The notes under the pieces were generated by a model that saw nothing but the letters and a program-made list of their open reading frames with translations, ran no database searches and was not told the DNA's origin. DNA of 64,000 nt, from assembly GCA_046095545.1 (NCBI GenBank), contig JBJTJQ010000040.1, forward strand, positions 9,817 to 73,816. Direction: 5' to 3'. Shown in pieces: positions 1 through 10,449 of the stretch (position 1 is its first letter; every line of letters starts with the position of its first letter). Origin of the DNA: Candidatus Nanopelagicus sp. Its GTDB lineage: Bacteria > Actinomycetota > Actinomycetes > Nanopelagicales > Nanopelagicaceae. The position numbers and the translations under genes were made by a program.

Positions 1-273
1 ATGGTTATTGGGGAGAACTCGCGCAGTGAGGATATGGATGTGAACTGCGTTCGAGAAAAGAAATTAACCAATATGCGAGCCTCCGGTAGTGATGAGTCAG
101 AGCGATTGATTCCAGCTAAAAAATTAAATATGGAGGGTGCGCTTGAGTTTTGCCGCGAGGATGAGTGTGTTGAGGTGACTCCTGCGGTGGTAAGAATTCG
201 TAAGGTGATTTTGGATGGTTCAACCCGCGCTCGCATTACCTCAAAAGCCAAGCGAGCAAACGAAAACTCCTAA
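1..273 (+). CDS. typA: Translational GTPase TypA/BipA, C-terminal end (5' truncated by window)
   Basis: Motifs KKLTNMRASG and DECVEVTP..RIRK are typical of the BipA C-terminal domain. Confidence 0.92.
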   Translation: MVIGENSRSEDMDVNCVREKKLTNMRASGSDESERLIPAKKLNMEGALEFCREDECVEVTPAVVRIRKVILDGSTRARITSKAKRANENS

Positions 274-338
274 GCCTAAAATCTCTACCATTTCATTAAT
301 CTCCCATTAATGTCAGATCGGTGGCGTTAAATTAAGCC

Positions 339-3300
339 GTGGCCACAGGGGAATTAAAGCTAAAACTAGTTCGCCCATCAAACTCTGCTAATTTTTTATC
401 TGCTACCCAATTAAGTAATGAACAACAGCAGGTAATAAATCACAGAGGATCGCCATTACTGGTATTAGGTCCAGCAGGTAGTGGTAAAACCTCTACCTTA
501 GTTGCAGCAATTGCTAATCGAATTGCAACTGGAGATGATCCAAATAAGATACTGGCTATCACTTATGGCCGAGAAAATGCCAGCAGATTACGAGATCAAA
601 TTGCATCTGCAAACTCACACCTACACACCGTAAATGAGCCAATCGCTAGAACATTTCACTCAATTGCCTTCTTAATTTTAAATGATCCAATTGCTGCTTC
701 AGAAAATAATGAGAGTAATAAGTATGTCTTACTCTCTGGAGCCGAACAGGATGCGATTATTTCTCAACTATTAGCAGTTGATCTTCAAAGTTTAAGTCAG
801 AAACCAGATTCAAATCTATGGCCAGCTGAATTAATACCAGCTCTATCAACTAGAGGTTTTGCCAAAGAGTTAAGAGATTTTATTGGCAGAGCAACCGAAC
901 GTGGCTCCTCACCAAGTGAATTAAATAAGTATGCAACCAAGTATGGTCAGAAATATTGGCCCTATATTGGCAATTTTTGGAGTAGGTATCAAAAAACATT
1001 AGCACTTAGGGATGGCACAACCAGTAATACATTAACCAGAATTGATCCTAGTGAGATAATTATTGCTGCAATTGAAAGATTAGAAAGTAATCCAAAATTG
1101 CTTCAGAGGTATCAAAATTTATTTAAAGTTATATATGTTGATGAGTTTGAAGAATCAGACCGGGCCCAGCGTAAATTATTAAAACTACTTAGTAACCAAG
1201 AGTTGGTAATTTTTGCCGATCCAAAGAGTGCAGTTGGTAGATTTAGAGGAGCAGATCCAGATAATTTATTAGTCGATTTAGAGCATTTTGGTATTAGAAA
1301 TAAAATCCAGTTATCTAAAAAATTCAGAAATCCTACCGGTCCAAAGGTTGCCGCATTAAGCAGTGTAAGTGATGAGGCTAACTTCATCGCTCACCAATTT
1401 AGAGCTGCGCACTTAAGAGATGGCGTGCCTTGGTCTGAGATGGCGGTAATTTTAAGATCTCCTGGCGCACAGGTTGCAGCCATAAGTAGAGCATTTGCTC
1501 AAAATCAAATTCCAGTACAAATTGATGCGACCGCCCTGTCACTGGCAGATAATCCAGCAATTAAGCCCATACTTACCATTGCCCAAATTGCAATTGGCCA
1601 AATCAAACTTTCCCCAAGTAATTGGGATCAAATCCAATCTCTTCTTTATAGTGAGTTTGCTGGAGCAGATGCAATTTTAATGCGCCAGATGAGAGTTGCA
1701 CTGAGTAAGAAGCAATCAACTGATGAGCCCAAGAGTTCGACAGAATTAATTTTAGAAGCGTTAACTGCAAAGAGTGTTGATCTACCTTGGGAGCAATTAA
1801 CGCCACTAAAGCGGATAAATGATTTGATTGCAGCGGCAAAAAAATCTTTAGCTAAATCAAAAGATATCTCTGATCTACTTTGGAGTATTTGGAGCAATGC
1901 CAAAAATTATGATGGGGAAAGTATTGCCAATTTGTGGCAAAGGCAAGCATTAGCTGGTGGAAGTAAAGGTGGGATAGCTGATCAAAATTTAGATGCGGTG
2001 ATAACTTTATTTGAGGTAGCAAGAAGATTTAGTGAACGGCTACCTGGGGCTAAAGTTGGATTATTTATTGATCAGTTATTAGGTGAGAAAATTTTGGCCG
2101 ATAGCATTACAGCATCTGCCCAACGCAGTGAGGTGGTTAAAGTATTAACAGTTCACTCAACAAAGGGACTTCAGTGGCGTTATGTAGCATTAGCTGGCAT
2201 GCAAGATGGCAGTTGGCCTAATCTAAAACAGCGAGGATCACTGTTAGGTACTGAAAGATTAGTAGAAATATTCAGGCATGGGATCAGTAATCCAGAACAA
2301 TTAGATGCCATCGCAGCCTCTGGTTTAGCTGAAGATGAAATGCGGTTATTAAATGTGGCAACAAGTAGATCAACTGAAAAACTATTTATAACTGCAGTAG
2401 TACAGGAAGATAATCAACCATCTAGATACTTTGAAAAATATGCTCCAGATGATTACCAATTAACTGTAAATGAAAGATCTATTACTCAGCCAGCCATAGT
2501 TGCAACTTTGCGCAGAATGGCAATGCAAGCACAGGATGCAGGAGAGATTGAGTTTGCTACCTCTGCCTTAAAAACCTTGGCAGATGCCGGTGTTAGATCA
2601 GCAGATCCTAAAAATTGGGTGGGCATTAAAGAGTTATCAACTAGTGCACCAGTTATTGGCGAAGATGAGCAACAACGTATATCACCTAGCTCACTAGAGT
2701 CCTTTACTGAGTGCGGGCTTAAATGGCTACTTGAGCAAAGTGGTGGAAAAGATGCAGATTCAACAGCTCAGGTATTGGGAACAGCTATCCATGTAATTGC
2801 AGCGCAATTAAAGCAACAACCTGAACTCTCACTAGCGCAATTAGAGGCAAAACTTAAGGGTGCTTGGACATTAATTGATATGAACAAAGGTTGGATTAAA
2901 GATTATGAATACCGCAGAGCAGCTCAAATGCTCCAAAAATTTTATGGTTGGAATTTAGAGAATAAAAATCAGCTAGTTTCAGTTGAAGAAAGATTCGAAT
3001 TTAAATTAGGCAATTCCGTCATCTCCGGCTCAATTGACCGGATTGAACTAACTAACGAGAATAAGTATTACATAGTTGACTTAAAAACAGGTGCGACAGC
3101 CATAAGTTATGAAGATGCCAGAAAAAACAAGCAATTACAAAGCTATCAATTAGCAGTAGTTAACAATGCGTTTAAGACGAAGTTAGAGCATCAAGAGGTT
3201 TCTGGAGCTGAGTTAATTTTTATCGGAGATGCAAAAGCTAAAGAGGCTAAATCTAGACCGCAAGAAAAAGTGGATGAAGAAGTAGTAACTAGTGAGCTAT

Positions 3301-3425
3301 TAAAAATTTCCGAGCAAATGAGTAGTAATACATTTATTGCCAAAATTAATGATCGCTGCCGAAGTTGTGCAGTTAAATCTTCTTGCCCAATTCAACCCCA
3401 AGGCAGAGGGGTGATTCAATCATGA
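339..3425 (+). CDS. adnA: AdnA helicase-nuclease subunit (UvrD-like motor plus RecB-like nuclease with Fe-S cysteines)
   Basis: GPAGSGKT Walker A, GSIDRI..VDLKTG nuclease motif, Cys set ECG...CRSC...SSC; tandem with a second UvrD-nuclease gene. Confidence 0.88.
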   Translation: MATGELKLKLVRPSNSANFLSATQLSNEQQQVINHRGSPLLVLGPAGSGKTSTLVAAIANRIATGDDPNKILAITYGRENASRLRDQIASANSHLHTVNEPIARTFHSIAFLILNDPIAASENNESNKYVLLSGAEQDAIISQLLAVDLQSLSQKPDSNLWPAELIPALSTRGFAKELRDFIGRATERGSSPSELNKYATKYGQKYWPYIGNFWSRYQKTLALRDGTTSNTLTRIDPSEIIIAAIERLESNPKLLQRYQNLFKVIYVDEFEESDRAQRKLLKLLSNQELVIFADPKSAVGRFRGADPDNLLVDLEHFGIRNKIQLSKKFRNPTGPKVAALSSVSDEANFIAHQFRAAHLRDGVPWSEMAVILRSPGAQVAAISRAFAQNQIPVQIDATALSLADNPAIKPILTIAQIAIGQIKLSPSNWDQIQSLLYSEFAGADAILMRQMRVALSKKQSTDEPKSSTELILEALTAKSVDLPWEQLTPLKRINDLIAAAKKSLAKSKDISDLLWSIWSNAKNYDGESIANLWQRQALAGGSKGGIADQNLDAVITLFEVARRFSERLPGAKVGLFIDQLLGEKILADSITASAQRSEVVKVLTVHSTKGLQWRYVALAGMQDGSWPNLKQRGSLLGTERLVEIFRHGISNPEQLDAIAASGLAEDEMRLLNVATSRSTEKLFITAVVQEDNQPSRYFEKYAPDDYQLTVNERSITQPAIVATLRRMAMQAQDAGEIEFATSALKTLADAGVRSADPKNWVGIKELSTSAPVIGEDEQQRISPSSLESFTECGLKWLLEQSGGKDADSTAQVLGTAIHVIAAQLKQQPELSLAQLEAKLKGAWTLIDMNKGWIKDYEYRRAAQMLQKFYGWNLENKNQLVSVEERFEFKLGNSVISGSIDRIELTNENKYYIVDLKTGATAISYEDARKNKQLQSYQLAVVNNAFKTKLEHQEVSGAELIFIGDAKAKEAKSRPQEKVDEEVVTSELLKISEQMSSNTFIAKINDRCRSCAVKSSCPIQPQGRGVIQS

Positions 3426-6400
3426 GTATTAAGTACTCAGCAGAGGAGATAGCCACTCGAATTAAGACTGTGGACCCTACATTTAGATTTCCTACCAAAG
3501 AGCAGATTCCAATCATCCAGTCCGAGTTAGCGCCTTCGGTCGTAATTGCTGGGGCAGGCTCTGGAAAAACAGAAACTATGAGCCAGCGAGTTCTATTTCT
3601 AGTTGCAAACTCATTAATCAAACCAGATCAATTATTGGGTTTAACATTTACTAGAAAATCTGCAGGTGAGCTTTCAAAGCGAATCAAGTATCGATTACGC
3701 CAATTAAAAATTGCCAAATTACTTCCAGAAAATCTTGATGAATCTGAACTAACAGTTTCTACCTATCATTCATACGCTGGCAAAGTGCTAGCAGATCATG
3801 CCATCAGAATTGGTTTGGATGCTGATGCAGATCCGATTGGGGAGGCTGCGGCCTGGCAAATTGCATTTGAAGAGGTAAGTAGGTTTGCCGGTAATGATCT
3901 ACCGATTAATGGCTCACCAAAATCAGTTGTTGCAGAGGTTATGGATCTATCTACTGCACTTGCTGAAAATGATAGAACAGCGGCGGAGATCATCGAATAC
4001 ACCCATAAATTACTAAATCACATATCTAGTTTTTCTGACCGACAAACAATTCCAGTATTAGAGTTTAAAGAGGAGCTAAATCAAAGACTCGCTATTTTAC
4101 CTATTGTTGCCGCATTTGATGAGCGGCGCCGACAACATGGACTTCTAACTTTCAATGATCACATGTCAATTGCGGCCAGATTAGTAAAAGAGAGCAAAGA
4201 TAAACACAATGATGACATCGGAAATATTGAGCGTAGTAAATATAAAGTTGTATTACTTGATGAGTATCAAGACACATCTTTTAATCAAATTAAGTTCTTA
4301 TCCAACCTATTCGGTAATAATCATCCAGTTACAGCTGTAGGAGATCCAAATCAAGCAATTTATGGCTGGCGCAGTGCCAGTTCAGAAACATTAGATACCT
4401 TCGCTCGATCATTTAATAGTAAAGCTACTCGATATACCCTGCTGACAACTTGGCGAAATGATAAATCAATACTAGATCTGGCAAATGTAATGATTGATTC
4501 AATTTCAACTCAAGATAGTGTAGAAAAATTATCCGCACGATCAAATGCTCAAATTGGTGAGGTTGGGTGTGGAATATATGAAACTCAAGCACAAGAGGCA
4601 AATGCAATAGCTGAATACTTTAGTAAGTATTGGTTTGATAAAAACCGCCACGCTTCTCCTGCAAATGAGAGAACTACTTTTGCGGTATTGGTGCGTAATC
4701 GATCCCAGATAGATCAAATTCAGAGTGCGTTTATTGATCTAGGCATTCCAACTGATATTCCAGGTGTGGGTGGATTAATTCATACACCAGAGGTATCTGA
4801 CATTGTTGCTTTATTAAGAAGTTTAACCATGCCAGATTCAGGAACAGCTTTAATGCGCCTTCTAACCGGTCCACATATTGCGTTAGGAGCAAAGGATTTA
4901 ATGGCACTGGGTGCATTCACAAAATCTTTTGCAAAATCAAATGAATACTCAAGAGGTAAACAGCTTAAGCAAGCTTTAGAAGAAAACATTGTGGCAACTG
5001 AAACCGCGGATGAGTTTGCGTCTGGATCGATTATTGAATCATTAGAGCTATTGTTAACCCTAACTCCAAATGAGTTTTCTAGTTATCACTCAACTCCAAA
5101 ATTTAGCAGTGAAGGACTTGAGCGGTTACGAAAATTTTCACTCTCCCTACGCTCACTTAGAAGATCACTAACTGGTTCGATTACCGAAGCAATTAATGAA
5201 GCTGAGCAATTTTTGTCATTAGACAGTGAGGTTTTAGTTAGAGATGGTTGGCAAAATGGTCGAAGAAATCTAGATCGATTCTTAGATGAGGCTGCCAGAT
5301 TTGAAAAAAATGGTGGAACTTTAATCTCATTTTTGCAATGGCTAAAAGTTGCCGAAGAGGCAGAGGGGGGATTAAAACCAGCTGAAGTTGATGTTCGAAG
5401 TGATGCTGTTCAGATATTAACGATTCATGCCGCAAAAGGAGCAGAGTGGGATTATGTTGCCATTCCTGGTTTAGCAGATCGAAATTTTCCAAGCATTGGT
5501 AAAAAATCTGACAACTGGATTAGTAATGCTGGCTCGATTCCGGTCACTTTGCGGGGAGATTTTGAGCAATTGCCAGCAATTAACTTTGAGAAAATTTCAG
5601 ATAACAAGAATTTAAAAAAAGCTTTAGAAGGATTTGATGATCAATGGAAGGCTCGTAAGTTAACGGAAGAGCGACGATTAGCTTATGTTGCTATCACTAG
5701 AGCAAAACAAGGCCTGCTTTGCACTACCTCGCATTTTAGAAGTGGTAACAAACCAGTTGACCCAAGTCAGTTATTTGAAATCTTTGCTACCGCTACAAAA
5801 GATATTGAAGGTGCGAGCATAGTTAGTGAAACAGATGTGCCAGATGGCACCAATCCACTTAAGGAAAATCCGAAAACAGCCATTTGGCCAAGCCCAAACC
5901 ATAATTTTGAGAGGTTACGTAAGGTAGCTGACTTAACTAATCTATCTTCAATTATGAAAATTGAGGAGCAACTTTTAACCATCAATAATGATGAGCAAAA
6001 ATCAATTTTATTTGACATGCAAGCGATAATAAATGAGATCAAGAGTAAAGAAAAGTATTTGAAAGTTGTATTACCAACTCGATTATCGGTTTCAACCCTG
6101 CTTTATTTGGCAAAAGAGCCACAGGAGCTAGCGCTTAGGATTCGCCGGCCAATGCCAAATCACATAGATAAATATGCTCGCAGGGGAACTGAATTTCACC
6201 TGTGGCTTGAAAATCATTTTAATCATCCATCCCTAATCTCCATAGATGAGTTGTTTAATCAGAGTCTGCAAGCAGTTGGTTTGCAATCAGATGCGCCATT
6301 AGAGAAATTGCAATCCTCCTGGTTGGCAAGTCAGTGGGCTACAAAAACTCCTGCCGATATTGAATTTGGATTTGAAACTATGATTGATGGCATTTTAATT

Positions 6401-6676
6401 CGAGGAAGAATTGATGCGGTATATAGACTCGAAAATGATAAGTATGAGGTTGTCGATTGGAAAACTGGCAAAGTTAAATCAGGTGATGATTTAGAGACAG
6501 CCGCAATTCAGCTTGCTATGTATCGATTAGCCTATTCAAAATTAAAATCTGTGCCAATTGAAAATATAAGTGCAGCCTTTCATTATGTAGCAGATAATCA
6601 AACTGTAAGGCCAGCTGACATAATGAATCAAGAACAACTAAAGGCGTTAATTTCAAAGGTTCCTATTGAAATTTAA
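3422..6676 (+). CDS. adnB: AdnB helicase-nuclease subunit
   Basis: AGAGSGKT, LLDEYQD, VGDPNQAIYGWR, GRIDAV..VDWKTG; ATG at 3422 overlaps the adnA stop (ATGA). Confidence 0.9.
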   Translation: MSIKYSAEEIATRIKTVDPTFRFPTKEQIPIIQSELAPSVVIAGAGSGKTETMSQRVLFLVANSLIKPDQLLGLTFTRKSAGELSKRIKYRLRQLKIAKLLPENLDESELTVSTYHSYAGKVLADHAIRIGLDADADPIGEAAAWQIAFEEVSRFAGNDLPINGSPKSVVAEVMDLSTALAENDRTAAEIIEYTHKLLNHISSFSDRQTIPVLEFKEELNQRLAILPIVAAFDERRRQHGLLTFNDHMSIAARLVKESKDKHNDDIGNIERSKYKVVLLDEYQDTSFNQIKFLSNLFGNNHPVTAVGDPNQAIYGWRSASSETLDTFARSFNSKATRYTLLTTWRNDKSILDLANVMIDSISTQDSVEKLSARSNAQIGEVGCGIYETQAQEANAIAEYFSKYWFDKNRHASPANERTTFAVLVRNRSQIDQIQSAFIDLGIPTDIPGVGGLIHTPEVSDIVALLRSLTMPDSGTALMRLLTGPHIALGAKDLMALGAFTKSFAKSNEYSRGKQLKQALEENIVATETADEFASGSIIESLELLLTLTPNEFSSYHSTPKFSSEGLERLRKFSLSLRSLRRSLTGSITEAINEAEQFLSLDSEVLVRDGWQNGRRNLDRFLDEAARFEKNGGTLISFLQWLKVAEEAEGGLKPAEVDVRSDAVQILTIHAAKGAEWDYVAIPGLADRNFPSIGKKSDNWISNAGSIPVTLRGDFEQLPAINFEKISDNKNLKKALEGFDDQWKARKLTEERRLAYVAITRAKQGLLCTTSHFRSGNKPVDPSQLFEIFATATKDIEGASIVSETDVPDGTNPLKENPKTAIWPSPNHNFERLRKVADLTNLSSIMKIEEQLLTINNDEQKSILFDMQAIINEIKSKEKYLKVVLPTRLSVSTLLYLAKEPQELALRIRRPMPNHIDKYARRGTEFHLWLENHFNHPSLISIDELFNQSLQAVGLQSDAPLEKLQSSWLASQWATKTPADIEFGFETMIDGILIRGRIDAVYRLENDKYEVVDWKTGKVKSGDDLETAAIQLAMYRLAYSKLKSVPIENISAAFHYVADNQTVRPADIMNQEQLKALISKVPIEI

Positions 6677-7499
6677 GCTCTACCCCAATTGGAATATGAT
6701 CTGAAATAATTGGTCTACCAGTGCTTCTTATTAGAGTAGCGGTAACTTTATTATTTTTTACTAAATCCTTTTTAGCCATAATGTAATCAAATTGAATTTT
6801 CTCTTGCCAGCTCGGATAGGTAGCAGCTGCGGCCAACGACCTGAAACCACTAAATTTTGATGGCAAATTTCCAGGCAAATTTAAATCTCCAGCTAGAATT
6901 TTTTTACCCGGTATATTTCTTAGCAATAAACTAATTCGATTTAATTGATAGATGTTTACTCCAGGTACAAATGATAAATGGGTAGTAGCAATAGTTATGC
7001 CATTTTCTAGCTCAATAATTAATACAACCCTGGGTTCATCTTTAACATAGATAACTCTAACCCCAGTACCTTTCTCATTAGGAATCAATAGCGGCATCCC
7101 CATTACTGATTTTCCAAGTTTTTTGGCATAAAGTTTTTTAATAGGTTGATTTGTAGCAATACCAATTCCATAACTCTTAGCGGTATTGATTGATTCATTT
7201 TTAGGGGTGATAATGGATTGTTCCAGATTTATGACTTTTTTCCACTTTTCTCCAGGAGTGCCAAAAATTGCAGGTAAATAGGCCCAGTATTTAAGTCCAG
7301 AAGATTCGGCAATAATTTTTGTTTGATTTAATAAATCCGATCTAGGTTGTTGGTAGTCAACCTCTTGCAAGCAAATAAAATCTGGTTGGTAATTTGATAC
7401 CACTTGAGCAGTTGCACTTTTTAAACTGGCCAGCTGGTCAACTTGATTAGATGGCGGAATGACCTGGCCATGCAAGATATTCCACGAGAGCACTCTCAT
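6663..7499 (-). CDS. Endonuclease/exonuclease/phosphatase (EEP) family hydrolase
   Basis: MRVLSWNI, LQEVD, THL, GDLN, DYI, SDH motifs; start taken at the ATG of MRVLSWN. Confidence 0.85.
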   Translation of the reverse strand: MRVLSWNILHGQVIPPSNQVDQLASLKSATAQVVSNYQPDFICLQEVDYQQPRSDLLNQTKIIAESSGLKYWAYLPAIFGTPGEKWKKVINLEQSIITPKNESINTAKSYGIGIATNQPIKKLYAKKLGKSVMGMPLLIPNEKGTGVRVIYVKDEPRVVLIIELENGITIATTHLSFVPGVNIYQLNRISLLLRNIPGKKILAGDLNLPGNLPSKFSGFRSLAAAATYPSWQEKIQFDYIMAKKDLVKNNKVTATLIRSTGRPIISDHIPIGVELKFQ

Positions 7500-7548
7500 G
7501 CTCTGACCGGGGGCGACAACCATGACGACAGGCTAGTAGGGTCGGCAG

Positions 7549-8469
7549 GTGATGGCGCCCCAAAAACCACTAAAACTTCCACTTGCAGTAGCGAAGGTGG
7601 ATAGGGCTGCCCGTCTGCGCACCGATGAGGCCTATTTAAAATCTATCTGGCCAACATCAAATGTAATGATTTTCGTAAATGAGAGATTTTCCACAGAACA
7701 AAATCAATTACTTTTTACGCCCGGTGACTTACTGGGTTCTTATCAATCTGCAACCGATTATTTCTTAGGGCTTAAAGATGACCAAACATTTTTTGTTCGC
7801 CACCTAGCTGAGGATATTCAGAGTGAGTATAAACTAAAAACATTACGAGAGATTGGAACGTTTTTATCGCCTCGAGATATTGGCCTTGCAGTACATGCTC
7901 AAGGTTTAGCAAATTGGCACCAAAAACATCCAAAGTGCTCACAATGCGGTGGTCCAACAGTTGTGATATCAGCTGGCGCGGTAAGAAAATGTTTGGCCGA
8001 TAATAGTGAGCATTATCCAAGAACTGATGGTGCAATAATTGTTTTAGTAAAAGATGAGGCAGATCGAATCTTGCTTGGTCGGCAAAAAGTTTGGCCAAAA
8101 AATAGATTCTCTACATTTGCCGGTTTTGTAGAGCCTGGTGAGTCATTTGAGAACTGCGTAATTAGAGAGGTTGAGGAGGAAGCTGGAGTTAAATTAACCC
8201 AGATTAATTACCTTGGTTCTCAACCGTGGCCATTCCCGGCATCGCTAATGATTGCATTTGAAGCAGTTACCAATACACCAGAGTTAGCTAGACCTGATGG
8301 CGAAGAGATTGAGGAGATCCGTTGGTTTTCAAGATCTGATATGAAGCAAGCTATATTAAATAATTCGCTAATTTTGCCACTAGAGATAAGTGTGGCCAGG
8401 CAAATGATAAAGGCTTGGTATGGAGATGCGGCAGATACTGATTTAAAGGGTAATGAGTCATGGCGGTAG
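7549..8469 (+). CDS. nudC: NAD(H) pyrophosphatase / NAD-cap decapping Nudix hydrolase
   Basis: Zn-ribbon CSQCG, Nudix box GFVEPGES...REVEEEAG, SQPWPFPASLM signature. Confidence 0.95.
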   Translation: MMAPQKPLKLPLAVAKVDRAARLRTDEAYLKSIWPTSNVMIFVNERFSTEQNQLLFTPGDLLGSYQSATDYFLGLKDDQTFFVRHLAEDIQSEYKLKTLREIGTFLSPRDIGLAVHAQGLANWHQKHPKCSQCGGPTVVISAGAVRKCLADNSEHYPRTDGAIIVLVKDEADRILLGRQKVWPKNRFSTFAGFVEPGESFENCVIREVEEEAGVKLTQINYLGSQPWPFPASLMIAFEAVTNTPELARPDGEEIEEIRWFSRSDMKQAILNNSLILPLEISVARQMIKAWYGDAADTDLKGNESWR

Positions 8470-10103
8470 ACAGTAAGCAGATATTGACGGAATTAGATGC
8501 TGAGCAATTAGCTGTTGTAACAGCTATCCGTGGCCCAGTCTGTGTAATTGCTGGTGCGGGTACTGGAAAAACAAGAGTAATTACCAATCGGATTGCATAT
8601 GCAATTAATTCTGGCGTAACTGATCCAACCAAGGTATTGGCACTTACTTTTACGGCTCGAGCAGCTGGTGAGATGCGAGCCAGACTTAGAGCACTTGGAG
8701 TGCCAAATGTTTCTGCCCGGACATTTCATTCCGCAGCTATTAAACAGCTTCTATATTTTTGGCCATATGCATTTGGTGGTCAATTTCCCACCCTATTGAC
8801 CACAAAATCTGGTTTTTTGAGTCAAGCTATTTCACGAGCTGAGGTTGCAATTCCTGCTCAGACAGCTGTGCTGAGTGAAATTGCAGGTGAGATTGAATGG
8901 GCAAAAGTATTAGAGATTTCTCCAGAGCATTACCATGAAAAGGCAATAGAAAGTAATCGTTTAATTAAGTTACCGAATAATAAGAGTGTCAATGAAAATT
9001 TAGGAATGATTTCTCAAGTTTATGAAGCTTATGAATCCTTGAAGCGACAGGAGCGCACCTTGGATTTTGAGGATGTCTTACTTTTAACGATCGGAATGCT
9101 TGAAGAAGAACGCGGGGTCAGAGAAAGGATTAGGGATCAATATCGATACTTCACAGTTGATGAGTATCAAGATGTCTCACCAATTCAGCAACGATTACTA
9201 AATTTATGGCTAGGAAATCGGGAGGAGATTTGTGTGGTTGGGGATGCTGCACAAACCATCTACTCATTTGCAGGAGCAACCTCAGACTTTTTGTTAAATT
9301 TTAAGAATAGATTTCCAAATGCTCAAGTTTTCCGGCTCACGACTGGGTATCGATCAACTCCTGAGATTATTAACTCAGCAAATAAAATTCTTCGCGCAGC
9401 TAACTTTGTCAGTGAGCATGGGATTGAATTGCAATCTGTTAACACCCATGGCGAAAAGCCATTGGTAAACGGGTTTAGCTCAGCTGCAGAAGAAATTGGC
9501 TTTGTGGCAGGTGAGGTAAAAAAGCAGATTGACAGTGGCATCGACTCTTCAGATATTGCTATTTTGGCAAGGACTAATGCTCAACTAGATCAGGTTAAAT
9601 CTGCGCTTAACAATTTAAGAGTGGCAAGCCAAATTAGAACTGGGGAGCGCTTTTTTGAGCGGGTAGATGTCCGTGATGCCATGCGATTAATCCGAAGCGC
9701 TTCAGTGTTGCCATCTGAGGGTGGGGATTGGTTTGCTGATTTGGTTTCAGTACTACAACCCTTTGGCGATGCAGATTATGTGACCGCATTTTTAAGACTA
9801 GCTAAAAGCATTAAAGACAATGGTGGTGAGAATATGCGAGTATTCCTGCGAGAGATTGAAGATCGAGCCGAGCAAAATAATCCACCTATCCTTCCAGGCG
9901 TCACACTTTCGACATTGCATGGGGCTAAAGGGTTGGAGTGGGATCATCTGTATTTAATTGGCATCTCAGAAGGGGTATTACCCATGGGTAATGATTTCAA
10001 TGAGGAGCGAAGACTTTTTTATGTTGGAGTCACTCGAGCAAAGCAGCAAATTCGCATCACCTATGCGGGCAAACCCAGCGTATTTTTAGATCAATTTAAT
10101 TAA
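8460..10103 (+). CDS. uvrD2: ATP-dependent DNA helicase UvrD2 (no C-terminal HRDC domain evident)
   Basis: AGAGTGKT, VDEYQD, HGAKGLEW, EERRLFYVGVTRA; conserved nudC-uvrD2-whiB7 synteny. Confidence 0.88.
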   Translation: MAVDSKQILTELDAEQLAVVTAIRGPVCVIAGAGTGKTRVITNRIAYAINSGVTDPTKVLALTFTARAAGEMRARLRALGVPNVSARTFHSAAIKQLLYFWPYAFGGQFPTLLTTKSGFLSQAISRAEVAIPAQTAVLSEIAGEIEWAKVLEISPEHYHEKAIESNRLIKLPNNKSVNENLGMISQVYEAYESLKRQERTLDFEDVLLLTIGMLEEERGVRERIRDQYRYFTVDEYQDVSPIQQRLLNLWLGNREEICVVGDAAQTIYSFAGATSDFLLNFKNRFPNAQVFRLTTGYRSTPEIINSANKILRAANFVSEHGIELQSVNTHGEKPLVNGFSSAAEEIGFVAGEVKKQIDSGIDSSDIAILARTNAQLDQVKSALNNLRVASQIRTGERFFERVDVRDAMRLIRSASVLPSEGGDWFADLVSVLQPFGDADYVTAFLRLAKSIKDNGGENMRVFLREIEDRAEQNNPPILPGVTLSTLHGAKGLEWDHLYLIGISEGVLPMGNDFNEERRLFYVGVTRAKQQIRITYAGKPSVFLDQFN

Positions 10104-10134
10104 GTTGCACCAGCTCTGCCTGATGCTCTATTCT
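10093..10134 (+). promoter_or_regulatory. Predicted whiB7 promoter: AT-rich tract, -35 TTGCAC (10105-10110), 18 nt, -10 TATTCT (10129-10134)
   Basis: Read directly; an AT tract just upstream of -35 matches the known WhiB7/WblC-activated promoter architecture. Confidence 0.6.
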
Positions 10135-10141
10135 TTGCAAC

Positions 10142-10318
10142 ATGGCAAAGTTAATTGATTCAACGACAGTTACTGCAATCGCGGTTGCTGCTAATTCACC
10201 TGCCATCAATCCAGTTGCGGCGAAATCTTCATATCGCTCAGACTGGACAAATAAGCGCTCTAATAAGGGTTTTTACACCTTTACATCAGATCGCACCCTA
10301 AGGAGCTATATCGACTAA
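10142..10318 (+). CDS. 58-aa leader peptide (uORF) of whiB7/wblC, MAKLIDSTTVTAIAVAANSPAINPVAAKSSYRSDWTNKRSNKGFYTFTSDRTLRSYID
   Basis: Hand-translated, below the ORF-track cutoff; ATG 7 nt after the -10 (leaderless); followed by a terminator and then whiB7. Confidence 0.72.
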   Translation: MAKLIDSTTVTAIAVAANSPAINPVAAKSSYRSDWTNKRSNKGFYTFTSDRTLRSYID

Positions 10319-10334
10319 AGTCGAAATAGAAGCC

Positions 10335-10376
10335 AAGGGGCCCGCGAATCTAATGATTCGGGGGCCTTTTTCTTTT
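10335..10376 (+). terminator. Attenuator (intrinsic terminator) in the whiB7 leader
   Basis: AAGGGGCCCGCGAATC-TAAT-GATTCGGGGGCC followed by TTTTTCTTTT. Confidence 0.8.
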
Positions 10377-10449
10377 CTCCAATTTAATAAAAGCCAAAAG
10401 GCGAGAAGTATAAAACCAATGAAAGATAACGAAAGGAAAGGTGAGAACG

